Notes: generated by a model not told the origin, from the sequence alone. A stretch of DNA of 64,000 nt from Patescibacteria group bacterium (GCA_041662585.1 JBAZSG010000003.1:33011-97010), one strand, 5' to 3'. Positions 26,893 to 38,339 are shown, numbered from the stretch's first letter. A program made the numbers and translations.

Positions 26893-27974
26893 AAAAAACT
26901 TTAGTTTTAACACATGAATATTATCCTTTCAAAGGTGGAGTAGCTCGCTATTGCCACAATCTTTTTAAGTTTTTTAAAGAAGATCAATATTTGGTGATTA
27001 GTGACAATCAAGAAATAAAGTCTCATGACAATATCATACATACTAGATTAGTTTGGAAATGGATAAAGCCAGCTTGGCTGTTGGCTTATTTTAAATTAAA
27101 AAAATTAATCAAACAAAACAATATAAATCAGATATTTACTCCAAATATTTTGCCTTTGGGTAGTTTGGCTTATTTTTTAAAAATACCTTATATTATTTCT
27201 TTACATGGTTTAGATATTAATTTGGCTATCAAAAATAAACCAGCGCTTACCAAAAAAATATTAGTTAATGCCAAAGCCATAATTACCAATAGTCAAAATA
27301 CAGCTAAAATTTTTGATGCACTAGAAATTGATAAAACAAAAATATATATTATATATCCAGCCTTAGATTTTGATACTAGCTATGATGAAAGCAAATTAAA
27401 AGCTTTTCGTAGAAAACTGGATATAAATGACGAAAAAATAATTATTACTTTGGGGCGTCTAAATAAACGCAAAGCTCAAGATTTGGTAATAGAGGCTATC
27501 GCTGAAATAAAAAATGATTATAAACTAAAATATTTTATAATCGGCAGAGGGCAAGAAAAACAAAATTTAGAAATTTTAATTAAAAAATATAAACTAGAAA
27601 AAAGTGTTTTTATTTTTGATAATATAGAAGATGAAGAGTTGATTTATTTTTTTAAGATGGCGGATATTTTTGCTATGCCCTCTAGAAATATAGAGGCAGA
27701 CATAGAGGGTTTTGGTATAGTATTTTTGGAAGCGGCAATTTGTAAGTTAGCTATTATTGCTGGGGATAGTGGAGGTATCAAAGAGGTATTCAATGCTTCT
27801 GATCAAGCAATATTGGTCCCTGGAGACGATATACGAGCCCTAATCAATGCTTTGAAGTATTTATTGAACAATCCTAAAGAAGCTGATAAACTAGCACTCA
27901 ATGCTTATAAACGGGCCAAAGAATTTAAAAGTGCCCAAGAACAGTCATTAATTTTAAAAGAAATATTAAAATAG
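26889..27974 (+). CDS. glycosyltransferase family 4 (GT-B)
   Basis: C-terminal EGFGIVFLEAAICKLAIIAGDSGGIKEV has the GT4 E-x7-E region. Confidence 0.7.
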   Translation: MKKTLVLTHEYYPFKGGVARYCHNLFKFFKEDQYLVISDNQEIKSHDNIIHTRLVWKWIKPAWLLAYFKLKKLIKQNNINQIFTPNILPLGSLAYFLKIPYIISLHGLDINLAIKNKPALTKKILVNAKAIITNSQNTAKIFDALEIDKTKIYIIYPALDFDTSYDESKLKAFRRKLDINDEKIIITLGRLNKRKAQDLVIEAIAEIKNDYKLKYFIIGRGQEKQNLEILIKKYKLEKSVFIFDNIEDEELIYFFKMADIFAMPSRNIEADIEGFGIVFLEAAICKLAIIAGDSGGIKEVFNASDQAILVPGDDIRALINALKYLLNNPKEADKLALNAYKRAKEFKSAQEQSLILKEILK

Positions 27975-27975
27975 T

Positions 27976-29145
27976 ATGAAAAAATTTGATGTCATAATGC
28001 TCAATATGTCCAATTATTCAGAATGGGATGAAGGCGTTTCAAATCGTAATTATCATATATTACGTGAACTTTTAAATAGAGAAGACATTGGTAAAATATT
28101 GGCAGTTGATTATTTGCCACTCAATTTTAAAAGAGCCTTGCGCAATTATAAAGAAGGTATAGTTTTGAATATCAAGGATGCCAAAGTAATAAAAAGGGGA
28201 TTGACGCATAAAGTATCTAAGATTTCTGACAAACTATATGTTTATACAGATACAGATTTTTGGTTGAGACCAAATAGTAGTATAAAGCGTATCAAGCGTA
28301 CGGCTATTGATCTAAATTTTGGGGATTTTGTATTATGGTCCTATTATCCTTTTGCTGCTCCTTATTGGGACAATATGGGACAGAAAATGACAATTTTTGA
28401 TGCTGTAGATAATTGGTTACTCCATTCTTCTTATGCTAAATATACAGACAAATTAAAATTTGCTTATGAAAAAATAAAAAATGAAACAGATCTCATTTTT
28501 GTAGTTTCAAAAAATCTTACCAATTTTTTTGATGATCAACCAAATGTTTATTGGATACCAAATGGTGTAGATATAAAGCATTATAATAAAAAGTTTTCTT
28601 TAATCAATAGAGATATTTCAGATATCAGCAAACCAATTATTGGTTATATTGGAGTTGTTCAAGAAAAAGTAGATTTTAATTTGCTTAGATATCTGTCAGA
28701 AAAAAATCCAGACAAATCTATTGTAGTTGTTGGGCCAGTTTGGGCAGAACAAGAAAAAGCCAAAGAAGAATTGAATCAACAAAAAAATGTATATTTTTTG
28801 GGTTATAAAAAATATGCTGAAGCTCCACAATACATTCAACAATTTGACGTGGGTATTATACCTCATAAAACAGCTGGATTTTCTGCCACTACCAATCCAA
28901 TGAAAATGTATGAATATTTAGCTTGTGGTAAGCCAGTGGTGGCTACAAATAATATTGGTACAGAAAATGTAGCCGATATGATATCTTTGGCCAAAGATTA
29001 TGAGAGTTTTAATACTTTAATTAATCAAGCTATATTAGATGATAGTATAGCTGCTCAAGAAAATAGAAAAGAATTAGTAAAAAAGTTTTCTTGGTTTAAT
29101 ACGGTTACTAAGATGTTGGAATTGATTTCCAACAAATTCAATTAA
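27976..29145 (+). CDS. GT-B glycosyltransferase (GT4-like)
   Basis: TNPMKMYEYLACGKPVVATN motif. Confidence 0.55.
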   Translation: MKKFDVIMLNMSNYSEWDEGVSNRNYHILRELLNREDIGKILAVDYLPLNFKRALRNYKEGIVLNIKDAKVIKRGLTHKVSKISDKLYVYTDTDFWLRPNSSIKRIKRTAIDLNFGDFVLWSYYPFAAPYWDNMGQKMTIFDAVDNWLLHSSYAKYTDKLKFAYEKIKNETDLIFVVSKNLTNFFDDQPNVYWIPNGVDIKHYNKKFSLINRDISDISKPIIGYIGVVQEKVDFNLLRYLSEKNPDKSIVVVGPVWAEQEKAKEELNQQKNVYFLGYKKYAEAPQYIQQFDVGIIPHKTAGFSATTNPMKMYEYLACGKPVVATNNIGTENVADMISLAKDYESFNTLINQAILDDSIAAQENRKELVKKFSWFNTVTKMLELISNKFN

Positions 29146-29159
29146 TTTTTTATTTAAAA

Positions 29160-30029
29160 ATGGATAGACCAGACCTATCAGTTATTATTGTCAATTGGAA
29201 AGTTAAAAATTTATTACAAACTTGTATTAATTCTATTTTGGTTTACAAAGACAATTATAAGATAGAAATATTTGTGATAGACAACGACAGTGGTGATGGT
29301 AGTGTAGAGATGATAAATAAAAATTATCCAGAAGTAAAATTGATAGCTTTAGACAAAAATATTGGTTTTGGCGCGGCCAATAATTTGGCTATAAAACAAG
29401 CTAGAGCTGATTATATATTTTTATTAAATCCAGATACAGAACTTACTAAAGATTTTTTTACTAAAATATTTCAATATATTCAAAATAATCCAAATGTTGA
29501 TATTGTTGGTCCCAAAATCATAAATGATGATGGAAGTAAACAAGCTTCAGTAAGACGTAATCCGGATTTATTTTCTCAAATTTTGGTGTTATTAAAATTG
29601 ACAAACATAGCTGGCGCCAATAAATTTTTGGAGCATTATTTTTTTAAAGACTTTGATTATAGTCAGGAGCAAGATGTTGATCAGATTATGGGAGCAGCTA
29701 TGTTTATAAAAAGATCAGTTTTTAATAAAATAGCTGCTTTTGATGAAAATTTTTTTGTTTGGTTTGAAGAGGTAGATTTGTGTACTAGAGCTAAGGCATT
29801 TGGCTTAAATATAAGCTATTTTCCAGGTGCTTATATTATTCATCATGGGGGAGTGAGTTTTTCCAAAAGTAATATTTTGAAAAAACAAAAAATGTTTAAT
29901 AAGAGTCTGTTATATTATTTTTTTAAACACAAGCCTCTTTGGCAGACTATAATTATTTTATTATTACTTCCTATCAATATAATTTTGACACTGAGTTATG
30001 TCTTATTTCGCAAAGCAAAGACAAAATAA
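29160..30029 (+). CDS. glycosyltransferase family 2
   Basis: SVIIVNWKV...IFVIDNDSGDGS (DxD/DNxS) GT-A N-terminus. Confidence 0.7.
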   Translation: MDRPDLSVIIVNWKVKNLLQTCINSILVYKDNYKIEIFVIDNDSGDGSVEMINKNYPEVKLIALDKNIGFGAANNLAIKQARADYIFLLNPDTELTKDFFTKIFQYIQNNPNVDIVGPKIINDDGSKQASVRRNPDLFSQILVLLKLTNIAGANKFLEHYFFKDFDYSQEQDVDQIMGAAMFIKRSVFNKIAAFDENFFVWFEEVDLCTRAKAFGLNISYFPGAYIIHHGGVSFSKSNILKKQKMFNKSLLYYFFKHKPLWQTIIILLLLPINIILTLSYVLFRKAKTK

Positions 30030-31446
30030 TTTATTTTTTATATACTTGGGCATTTTTTTGCTTTTAGAATTTTTGTCTTGGCTAGCTTGGGGTTCACCAA
30101 ATATTTCTTGGATAATTTTAGTTATTATTTCTGTTTTTATATTGTTTTTATTGGTTAAAGATTCAAAATATTTATTATATATTCCTTTGGCAGAAATATT
30201 TTGGGGCTCACTTGGACATAGTTTTGAGTACAATATTTTTAACACTAGATTGGTTTTATTTTCTTTGGTAGTTTTGGTTTTTCTGATTAAAAATATTAGA
30301 CATTTTAATAAATTAAAAATATTAAAAGATAAAACCTTATTTTTTACTTATGTTTTTTTGTTATTTTTAATTTTGCTCGGTATAATAAATGGCTATTATA
30401 ATCAAGAGGATTTTAGAAAAGTTTTTTTAGATGCCAATGCTTATTTATATATTATATATTTACCTATTTGGTATCAAGTTTATGATAGTCAACAATTAAA
30501 AGATATTTTTGATATATTAAAAGCAGCTATTTTGCTAGTAGCTGTAAAAACCTTGATATTATTTAATATTTTTGCTCAAGATTATTCTTTTTTAAATATT
30601 GATAGTATATATCGATGGATTAGAGATACTAGGACAGGAGAAATAACAGCTTTCAAAGATTCCTTTTTTCGGATATTCATGCAATCTCAATTTTATTTAA
30701 TTTTAGCTTGGTTTTTATTATTTACCAAACAACTCAAAGATTTTAAGAATAAACATAATTTTTTATTAATTAGTTTTATTTCAGCAGCCTTGCTAGTTTC
30801 TTTATCTCGTAGTTTTTTCTTAGGAGTAGCTATGGGTTTATTATTTGTATTAGTAAATATATTTATTTATCAAAAACGATATATTTTTTTGTATGTATTT
30901 TTAAATTTAGTGGCAATAGGATTGGCTAGTATTTTGATAATTCAGATTTTTTATAATTTACCTACTTATAAAAATTTTAATATATTTACACAACGCAGCA
31001 TTGATAGTTCAGAAGCAGCCGCTAGCACACGTACACAGCTATGGGGACCAATGTGGCAGACAATAGCCCAGCGACCGATAGTTGGTCATGGATTTGGCAA
31101 AGAAATTAGTTATCAATCTTCAGACCCTCGGATTAAAAATATTAATAATCCAGATGGTTGGCATATTAGCTATGCTTTTGAATGGGGTTGGATGGATCAA
31201 TTGGTAAAAGGAGGGGGATTGTTGCTATTGATTTTTATTGTATGGATAATACAGATTTATCAACGGCTCTATGCCAAATTTTCAGAAGATCCTATACTTA
31301 GTTTGACTTTGGGAGCTACATTGACTAGTTTGCTAATTATTCATATATTTACACCATATATTAATCATCCTATAGGTTTGTCACTTTTGATGTTAATTAC
31401 TATAATTTTTGGACTTTATGCAAAAAAAACCAACAGTTACCATTAG
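29998..31446 (+). CDS. O-antigen ligase / Wzy-like polytopic membrane protein
   Basis: Multi-TM protein with a large periplasmic loop and an SRSFFLG motif, located within the glycan locus. Confidence 0.4.
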   Translation: MSYFAKQRQNNLFFIYLGIFLLLEFLSWLAWGSPNISWIILVIISVFILFLLVKDSKYLLYIPLAEIFWGSLGHSFEYNIFNTRLVLFSLVVLVFLIKNIRHFNKLKILKDKTLFFTYVFLLFLILLGIINGYYNQEDFRKVFLDANAYLYIIYLPIWYQVYDSQQLKDIFDILKAAILLVAVKTLILFNIFAQDYSFLNIDSIYRWIRDTRTGEITAFKDSFFRIFMQSQFYLILAWFLLFTKQLKDFKNKHNFLLISFISAALLVSLSRSFFLGVAMGLLFVLVNIFIYQKRYIFLYVFLNLVAIGLASILIIQIFYNLPTYKNFNIFTQRSIDSSEAAASTRTQLWGPMWQTIAQRPIVGHGFGKEISYQSSDPRIKNINNPDGWHISYAFEWGWMDQLVKGGGLLLLIFIVWIIQIYQRLYAKFSEDPILSLTLGATLTSLLIIHIFTPYINHPIGLSLLMLITIIFGLYAKKTNSYH

Positions 31447-32416
31447 TTTGCTTACTTGGAATGGTCAAAAATACTTACCTTGGCTACTCAAAAGCCTTTC
31501 TGAACAATCTTTTGTAGATTGGGAACTTTTGGTATTGGATAATGCTTCTACTGATAATTCAGTAGAAGTGGTTAGAGAATATTATCCCAAAGCTAGAATT
31601 ATAGGTCAAAAACAAAATATTGGTTTTGCCAAGGGGCACAATCTACTAATAAATTGGTCAAACTCAGATTATGTTTTTGTTTTAAATCAAGATGTGATAT
31701 TAGAGACAAATTATTTGAGAGAGTTGGTAGATTTTTTGGAGGACCATAAAAATGCAGCTTCTTGTGCTGGAAAATTGATGTATTGGGATTTTGAAAATGG
31801 ACTTAAAACCAAAACAATTGATTCTTATGGATTAAAAATAAATAGAAAACGAGAAGTGATGGACAATCATCAAGGAGAAACAGAATTTAGTATAGACAAT
31901 AAAGAGGTGTTTGGTTTGTCTGCCACAGCTACTTTGTATAGACGCAGGGCACTGGATATTGTAGCTGGGCAACCAAAAGAAAATCATTTGGAGTATTTTG
32001 ATGAAGATTTTTTTGCTTATAAAGAGGATATAGATTTGGCTTGGAGGCTTAGACTTTTTGGTTGGGAAAATTGGCTGGTCACTACCACCAAAGCATACCA
32101 TGATCGTAGTATAGCCAAAGGTAAAGATCTTAAAGAATCTCGTAAGCACAGAGGATTGGCCAACAAATTTTCTTATCGCAATCATTTTATGTTGCTTTAT
32201 AAAAATTCTTTTTATAAAAATTTATTTAGAGATTTTTTTGCTATTAAGTGGTATGAAATTAAAAAATTTTTATATTTACTTATTTTTGAAAGAAGTACAT
32301 TAGTAGGGATAAAAGAATATTTTTTAAATATCCCAAAGCTATATAAAAAAAGAAAATATACTATGAAACATAGAAAAATAAATGCTGATGATATATACAA
32401 ATGGTTTAAAAAATAA
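31409..32416 (+). CDS. glycosyltransferase family 2
   Basis: TISLLTWNGQKYL...LLVLDNASTDNS. Confidence 0.7.
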   Translation: MDFMQKKPTVTISLLTWNGQKYLPWLLKSLSEQSFVDWELLVLDNASTDNSVEVVREYYPKARIIGQKQNIGFAKGHNLLINWSNSDYVFVLNQDVILETNYLRELVDFLEDHKNAASCAGKLMYWDFENGLKTKTIDSYGLKINRKREVMDNHQGETEFSIDNKEVFGLSATATLYRRRALDIVAGQPKENHLEYFDEDFFAYKEDIDLAWRLRLFGWENWLVTTTKAYHDRSIAKGKDLKESRKHRGLANKFSYRNHFMLLYKNSFYKNLFRDFFAIKWYEIKKFLYLLIFERSTLVGIKEYFLNIPKLYKKRKYTMKHRKINADDIYKWFKK

Positions 32417-33224
32417 TATGGATTTATCAATTGTAATTTTAAATTATAAAACAAAAAATTTGGCCAAAGAATTATTAAAAAATTTGGCGGAATTAAATTT
32501 GCCATATCAGCATGAGATTATCGTAGTAGATAATGCATCTTATGATGGTCTCAAGGAAATAGTAACTGAAAAATTTCCACAAGTGAAGTTTGTTCAAAGT
32601 GACAAAAATGGTGGTTTTGCAGCTGGTAATAATATTGGCATAAGATTGGCCATGGGCAAATATATTATGATAATGAATCCAGATTTGGCCGTTTTATCAA
32701 AGGCCATACCGATTCTTTATGATTATATGGAAGTCAATCCTAGTGTTGGTTTGGCTGGTCCAAGACTTATAAATGCTGATAAGAGTGTGCAAGCGTCTTG
32801 TACAAATTGGCCAGATTGGAAATTGCCTTTTTATAGACGTACATCACTTGGCAATACCAAGGCTGGACAAAAATGGTTGGATAAATACACAATGAAAGAA
32901 CTAGATCATTACAAAAATAGCTATGTACCAACTTTGTTTGGTGCTTGTCTTATTTTTAGAAAAGCAGCAATAGAAAAAGTAGGCTTATTGGATGAAAGGT
33001 ATTTTATGTATTTTGAAGATTTGGATTGGTCTAGGCGTTTTTGGGAAAACGGCTTTAAGGTGTCTTATGTTGGTCAAGCTGAGATAATTCATTTGCATCG
33101 TCGTCAATCAGCCGCTGAAAACATTATGAAATCTTTATTGGATAGAACAGCCCGTTTTCATATTATTAGTTTTATTAAGTATTTATTAAAATTTAGAGGC
33201 AAAAAATTGCCAGAGATTAAATAG
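32382..33224 (+). CDS. glycosyltransferase family 2
   Basis: LSIVILNYKT...IIVVDNASYDG. Confidence 0.7.
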   Translation: MLMIYTNGLKNNMDLSIVILNYKTKNLAKELLKNLAELNLPYQHEIIVVDNASYDGLKEIVTEKFPQVKFVQSDKNGGFAAGNNIGIRLAMGKYIMIMNPDLAVLSKAIPILYDYMEVNPSVGLAGPRLINADKSVQASCTNWPDWKLPFYRRTSLGNTKAGQKWLDKYTMKELDHYKNSYVPTLFGACLIFRKAAIEKVGLLDERYFMYFEDLDWSRRFWENGFKVSYVGQAEIIHLHRRQSAAENIMKSLLDRTARFHIISFIKYLLKFRGKKLPEIK

Positions 33225-33295
33225 CTTTTACCTTGATTTTTAAGCTATTTTCTTGTATTATTATTTTATTAACGATATAAAAAAATTTTAAATTT

Positions 33296-34795
33296 ATGCT
33301 CAAAAAACCAAGTAAAGAGCCAGCAATAAATGATGAATATGGGCAGAGATTAGCCAAATTAGATAGTCTAAAACAAGCCAAAATAGAGCCTTATCCAGCC
33401 AGAAGCAAAAAAAATATTAGCGTGGCTGATTTTTTGAAAAATTTTGTTAAATTATTGAGCAGTAAGAAGCCAGTCATTAGCGCAGGCAGGATTACAAGTT
33501 TGCGTTTGCAAGGTGGATCTTGTTTTTTAAATTTAGAAGATTATTCTGGTAAGCTCCAAGTATTTTTGAGACGCGATGGTCTAGGAGAAAAAGATTATCA
33601 AATATTTAAAGACAATATTGATACCGGTGATTTTATAGAAGTGAGTGGTAGTGCTTTTGAAACCAAAACCAAAGAGCCAACTATCTTGGCTGATAGTTTT
33701 GAGATTTTATCTAAAACTTTATTACCTTTACCAGATCAATATTATGGACTTAAAGATCCTGATCTTAGATTTAGAAAAAGATATTTAGATTTATTGATTA
33801 ACCCCAAAGTAAAAGATACTTTTAAATTGCGTAGTGATATTATTAAACTGAGTCGTCAGTATTTTGATGATTATGGTTTTATAGAAGTAGATACGCCAGT
33901 ATTACAAGCTGTAGCTGGAGGAGCCACTGCTCAACCATTTATCACTCATCATAATGCATTGGATATTGATATGTATCTTCGAGTAGCTCCAGAGCTTTAT
34001 CTCAAACGTTTGATAGTTGGTGGTTATGATAAAGTTTATGAGATAGCCAGGTGTTTTAGAAACGAAGGTATAGATCATCAACATAATCCCGAATTTACGC
34101 AAATTGAAGCTTATTGGGCCTACAAGGATTATACATTTTTGATGGAATGGGTAGAAAAATATTTTGAATTTTTAGTTAAGAGTCTAAACAATGGAAATAC
34201 CAAAATAAAAAATGCTAAAGATGTTATTGATTTTAAAACTCCTTATAAGCGTCTTGATTTTAAAGAGGCATTAGATAAAGCTTTAAAAATTGATCTTGAT
34301 AAAACAAGTGATAATGAATTATTTAATATTGCTAAAAAATCAAAATTAAATCCTGATAAAACTTGGGGTAGAGGTAAGCTTTTGGATGAGCTATATAAAA
34401 AATTTGTAAGGTCTAAATTAATTCAGCCTACTTTTATAATCAATCATCCTTTGGAATTGTCACCACTATCCAAAAAAATACCAAATAGACCAAATTATGT
34501 AGAAAGATTTCAATTGGTCGTGAAAACAGCTGAAATGTGCAATGCCTTTTCTGAGCTCAATGATCCATTGGATCAAGAAGAGCGTTTTAGAGAACAAAAG
34601 AAACTTCGTGATGCTGGCGATGAAGAAGCTCAAGGAGCAGACGCTGATTTTGTCGAAGCTCTTAAACACGGCATGCCGCCGACAGTTGGTTTAGGTGTCG
34701 GTATTGATAGATTAGTAATGATGCTTGGTGATATAGAAAATATCAAAGAAGTTATTTTATTTCCTACCATGCGACCAAAAAATGAAGATAAATAA
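33296..34795 (+). CDS. lysS: lysine--tRNA ligase (class II)
   Basis: OB anticodon-binding domain plus class II motifs (FRNEG, GLGIDRLVM). Confidence 0.9.
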   Translation: MLKKPSKEPAINDEYGQRLAKLDSLKQAKIEPYPARSKKNISVADFLKNFVKLLSSKKPVISAGRITSLRLQGGSCFLNLEDYSGKLQVFLRRDGLGEKDYQIFKDNIDTGDFIEVSGSAFETKTKEPTILADSFEILSKTLLPLPDQYYGLKDPDLRFRKRYLDLLINPKVKDTFKLRSDIIKLSRQYFDDYGFIEVDTPVLQAVAGGATAQPFITHHNALDIDMYLRVAPELYLKRLIVGGYDKVYEIARCFRNEGIDHQHNPEFTQIEAYWAYKDYTFLMEWVEKYFEFLVKSLNNGNTKIKNAKDVIDFKTPYKRLDFKEALDKALKIDLDKTSDNELFNIAKKSKLNPDKTWGRGKLLDELYKKFVRSKLIQPTFIINHPLELSPLSKKIPNRPNYVERFQLVVKTAEMCNAFSELNDPLDQEERFREQKKLRDAGDEEAQGADADFVEALKHGMPPTVGLGVGIDRLVMMLGDIENIKEVILFPTMRPKNEDK

Positions 34796-35378
34796 ATTAT
34801 TGATTGCTACTCACAACCCTGGTAAGTTTGTAGAGATGAAAAGACAATTAAAAATCTTGGGTATAGAAGTATTGTCTTTAGATGATTTGAATATAAAAGA
34901 AGATTTTGAAGAAACAGCCAATACATATGAAGAAAACGCTCTAGGCAAAGCTAAATTTTATTATAATATTACTAAAATTCCCACCTTAGCAGATGATTCA
35001 GGCTTGTCAGTAGATGCTTTGGATGGTGCTCCAGGTATAAATTCACGTTCGTGGCCAGGTTATCGAGGTAGTGATGAAGAGCTGTTAAAAATGTTACTTG
35101 ATAAATTAAAAAATGTACCAAAAGAAAAAAGAACAGCCAAATTTATTAGTGTTATAGTATTATATAATGGTCAAGAAACATTGATTAGTAGAGGAGAGGA
35201 GCCAGGTATTATTGCTGAAAAACAAATTTCTAAACTAGAAAAAGGCTTGCCCTATAGTGCTGTTTTTTATCCAAGAGGTTATAATAAAGTTTTTTCAGAA
35301 TTAACTATTGATGAAAAAAATGCTATTAGTCATCGAGGCAGAGCACTAGATCAAATAATTAAACAAATTAAACAATAA
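34782..35378 (+). CDS. rdgB: non-canonical purine NTP pyrophosphatase (Ham1/RdgB family)
   Basis: [16 protein letters not shown] ... SHRGRALDQ. Confidence 0.8.
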   Translation: MKINKLLIATHNPGKFVEMKRQLKILGIEVLSLDDLNIKEDFEETANTYEENALGKAKFYYNITKIPTLADDSGLSVDALDGAPGINSRSWPGYRGSDEELLKMLLDKLKNVPKEKRTAKFISVIVLYNGQETLISRGEEPGIIAEKQISKLEKGLPYSAVFYPRGYNKVFSELTIDEKNAISHRGRALDQIIKQIKQ

Positions 35379-35379
35379 T

Positions 35380-35949
35380 ATGGATAAAAAAAATCTTTTA
35401 ATCATGACTGGAGTAATTTTTGTGGCTCTAGTATTGATGCTGATTTTTCCAGCCAATAAAATTACTATGGAAGAAGCAATAATTAAAACAAATAAAGGGG
35501 ATATAAAAGTAGCTTTATATTATGATAAAACACCTATTACTGTAGAAAATTTTGTAAAGTTAGCTCAAGAAGGTTTTTATGATGATATAAAATTTCATAG
35601 AGTCATTGAAAATTTTATGATCCAAACAGGAGATCCACAAGCCAAAGGCGAAGAGGGTAAGGATTTTGTTTATGTACCAAATGGTAGCGCTTTGCCAATA
35701 GCCGGCACAGGTGGACCAGGTTATACTTTTCAAGATGAATTTCACCCCAATTTAAGACACAATATAACTGGTACTTTATCCATGGCCAACTCTGGTCCCA
35801 ATACAAATGGATCACAATTTTTTATAACCCATGTACCGACTCCATGGCTCGATGATAAGCATACGGTTTTTGGTAGAGTATTAGAAGGACAAGATGTTGT
35901 AAATTCTATAGTACAAGGTGATTATATAAAAAAAATAGTAATAAAATAA
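35380..35949 (+). CDS. cyclophilin-type peptidyl-prolyl cis-trans isomerase with an N-terminal TM/signal anchor
   Basis: [15 protein letters not shown]...[19 protein letters not shown]. Confidence 0.85.
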   Translation: MDKKNLLIMTGVIFVALVLMLIFPANKITMEEAIIKTNKGDIKVALYYDKTPITVENFVKLAQEGFYDDIKFHRVIENFMIQTGDPQAKGEEGKDFVYVPNGSALPIAGTGGPGYTFQDEFHPNLRHNITGTLSMANSGPNTNGSQFFITHVPTPWLDDKHTVFGRVLEGQDVVNSIVQGDYIKKIVIK

Positions 35950-35950
35950 T

Positions 35951-37189
35951 ATGTTAGATATTAATTTGATTATAGAAGAGACAGATAAGATTAAAGAGTC
36001 TTTGGCCAAACGAGGTTTTAAGGCTGATTTTAAGAAAATAATAAAATTAGATAATCTTCGCAAAAAGCTCATTAACAAAAACGAAGATTTAAAAGCCGAG
36101 CGAAATAAATTTTCAAAATCTAAGCCAGATGCACAGACTATAAAGAGAATGAAAGCTTTGGGTACAGAGATCAAAGATTCTGATATCAATTTGTCTAAAA
36201 TCCAAGCAGATTTGGAAAAAGAGTTGGCTGCTTTACCAAATATTGTAGCTGACGATGTTGTAGCTGGCGATAAAGAAAACAATAAAATTATAAAGACTTT
36301 TAAAACCCAAATAAAATTTGGTTTTAAAATTAAAAATCATGTAGATTTGGCTACTGATTTAGCTTTGATTGATTATGAGCGAGCAGCAAAAATGTCTGGA
36401 GCTGGTTTTTGGGTTTATACTGGCCAAGGAGCATTACTAGAGTGGGCTTTGCTTCAATATTTTGTTGATTATCATCGGCAAAATAATTATACTTTTATAA
36501 TTCCACCTTTTTTGCTTACGGAAAAATCAGCTTATACTTCTGGTCATTTACCAAAATTTAGAGATGATCTTTTTTGGACTCAGGACAAGCTTTGTTTAAA
36601 TGCGACTAGCGAAATGATGCTTGGCAATTATCATCGTGATGAAATATTAAACAGCAAAACCTTGCCATTGAAATATTATGCATTTTCTACTTGCTTTCGT
36701 AGAGAAGCTGGTTCATATAGAGCAGAAGAGAGAGGTATGATTCGTGGACATCAATTCAACAAAATTGAAATGTTTCAATTTACTAAGCCAGAAAATTCTT
36801 GGGCTGCTTTTGACGAATTACTTGCTCACGCTCAAGCATTGGTTGAAGGCTTAGATTTACATTACAATACTGTACAACTAGCTGCTGGTGATTGTAGTGC
36901 TGCTATGGCCAAAACAGTAGATATAGAAGTGTGGATTCCATCTATGAATGGCTACAAAGAAGTATCTTCTGTTTCCAATGCTCTAGATTATCAAGCAAGA
37001 CGTGGAAATATAAAATTTAAACATGAAAGTGGGGATAACAAATTTGTACATACTTTAAATGCATCAGGATTGGCTACTAGTCGTATTTTGCCAGCAATAC
37101 TAGAACAAAATCAACAAGCTGATGGTTCGGTAAGAATACCAAAAGTATTACAAAAGTATATGGGTAATAAAGAATTTTTAGGAAAATAA
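35951..37189 (+). CDS. serS: serine--tRNA ligase
   Basis: N-terminal coiled coil plus class II core (FRREAGSYRAEERGMIRGHQF). Confidence 0.9.
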   Translation: MLDINLIIEETDKIKESLAKRGFKADFKKIIKLDNLRKKLINKNEDLKAERNKFSKSKPDAQTIKRMKALGTEIKDSDINLSKIQADLEKELAALPNIVADDVVAGDKENNKIIKTFKTQIKFGFKIKNHVDLATDLALIDYERAAKMSGAGFWVYTGQGALLEWALLQYFVDYHRQNNYTFIIPPFLLTEKSAYTSGHLPKFRDDLFWTQDKLCLNATSEMMLGNYHRDEILNSKTLPLKYYAFSTCFRREAGSYRAEERGMIRGHQFNKIEMFQFTKPENSWAAFDELLAHAQALVEGLDLHYNTVQLAAGDCSAAMAKTVDIEVWIPSMNGYKEVSSVSNALDYQARRGNIKFKHESGDNKFVHTLNASGLATSRILPAILEQNQQADGSVRIPKVLQKYMGNKEFLGK

Positions 37190-38290
37190 ATGGCACTAAC
37201 TTGGATTGAAATAAACAAAAAAGATATTCTACACAATATTAGGCAGTTCAAAAATTTGGCGCCTAATTCTGAATTTTGGCCAGTAGTCAAAAGTAATGCC
37301 TATGGGCATGGTAGTAAAGAAATAGTTACTTTTCTTAAAGATAATGAAGATGTAGCTGGTTTTATGGTGGCTAGTTTAGAGGAAGCTCTAGAAATAAAAT
37401 CTTTGACAAAAAAGTTAATTATAGTACTTTCTTATTTTGATAGAGAAGACACAAAGTCGCTAGAAAAAGTAGATAAGCAAATTTCTTTGCCAATTTATGA
37501 TTTAGAAACTATTGATTATTTAGCAGCTTTCAATAAAAGTTTTTTATTGAATATAAAGATTGACACTGGCACAGCTCGTCTTGGTTTTGCAGTAGAGGAT
37601 TTGCCACTGGCGGTAGACAAAATTGAAAATACCAAGAATTTAAAAATATTTAGTATTTTTACGCATTATGCTGAATCTGAATCAGAAGATCAAAATTTTA
37701 GCAAACAGCAATTAGCTATTTTTAATAAAGCGACTAAAGATTATAAACAATATAAACTTCATAGTGCTTGTAGTGCAGCAACAATAGCTTTGCCAGAAGC
37801 ACAGAGCAATATTATAAGGATTGGCTTGTCTTTTTATGGTTTGTGGCCAAGCGAAGCTACCAAAAGACGAGCTTGGATGTCCAAAATGTGTTTACAGCCA
37901 TTATTGACTTGGAAAACAAAAGTAATTCAAATTAAGCAACTTAAAAAAGGAGCTAGCATAGGTTATAATAGGACTTATAAGTGCGTTAAAGATTGTAAAA
38001 TAGCCGTTTTGCCAATTGGTTATAATGAAGGCTATGGAAGATTACTTTCCAATAGTGGAGAAGTATTGATAAAAGGACAGAGATGTCCAATACGTGGAAA
38101 TATTTGTATGAATCTTAGTATGGTAGAAATTCCAGATGACCTGGATATACAAATAGGGGAGATAGTGACACTCATAGGCACAGATAGTGGTCAAAATATA
38201 AGCGTAGATGATATAGCAAAAAAATGTCAGACTATCAATTATGAAATAGTAACCAAAATAAAACATAGTTTACCAAGGGTACTTGTTTAA
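37190..38290 (+). CDS. alr: alanine racemase
   Basis: PVVKSNAYGHG PLP-lysine motif. Confidence 0.8.
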   Translation: MALTWIEINKKDILHNIRQFKNLAPNSEFWPVVKSNAYGHGSKEIVTFLKDNEDVAGFMVASLEEALEIKSLTKKLIIVLSYFDREDTKSLEKVDKQISLPIYDLETIDYLAAFNKSFLLNIKIDTGTARLGFAVEDLPLAVDKIENTKNLKIFSIFTHYAESESEDQNFSKQQLAIFNKATKDYKQYKLHSACSAATIALPEAQSNIIRIGLSFYGLWPSEATKRRAWMSKMCLQPLLTWKTKVIQIKQLKKGASIGYNRTYKCVKDCKIAVLPIGYNEGYGRLLSNSGEVLIKGQRCPIRGNICMNLSMVEIPDDLDIQIGEIVTLIGTDSGQNISVDDIAKKCQTINYEIVTKIKHSLPRVLV

Positions 38291-38339
38291 TATTCAATGT
38301 TTTACGACACATAATATATCGACTTATTTAGAGTAGAGT

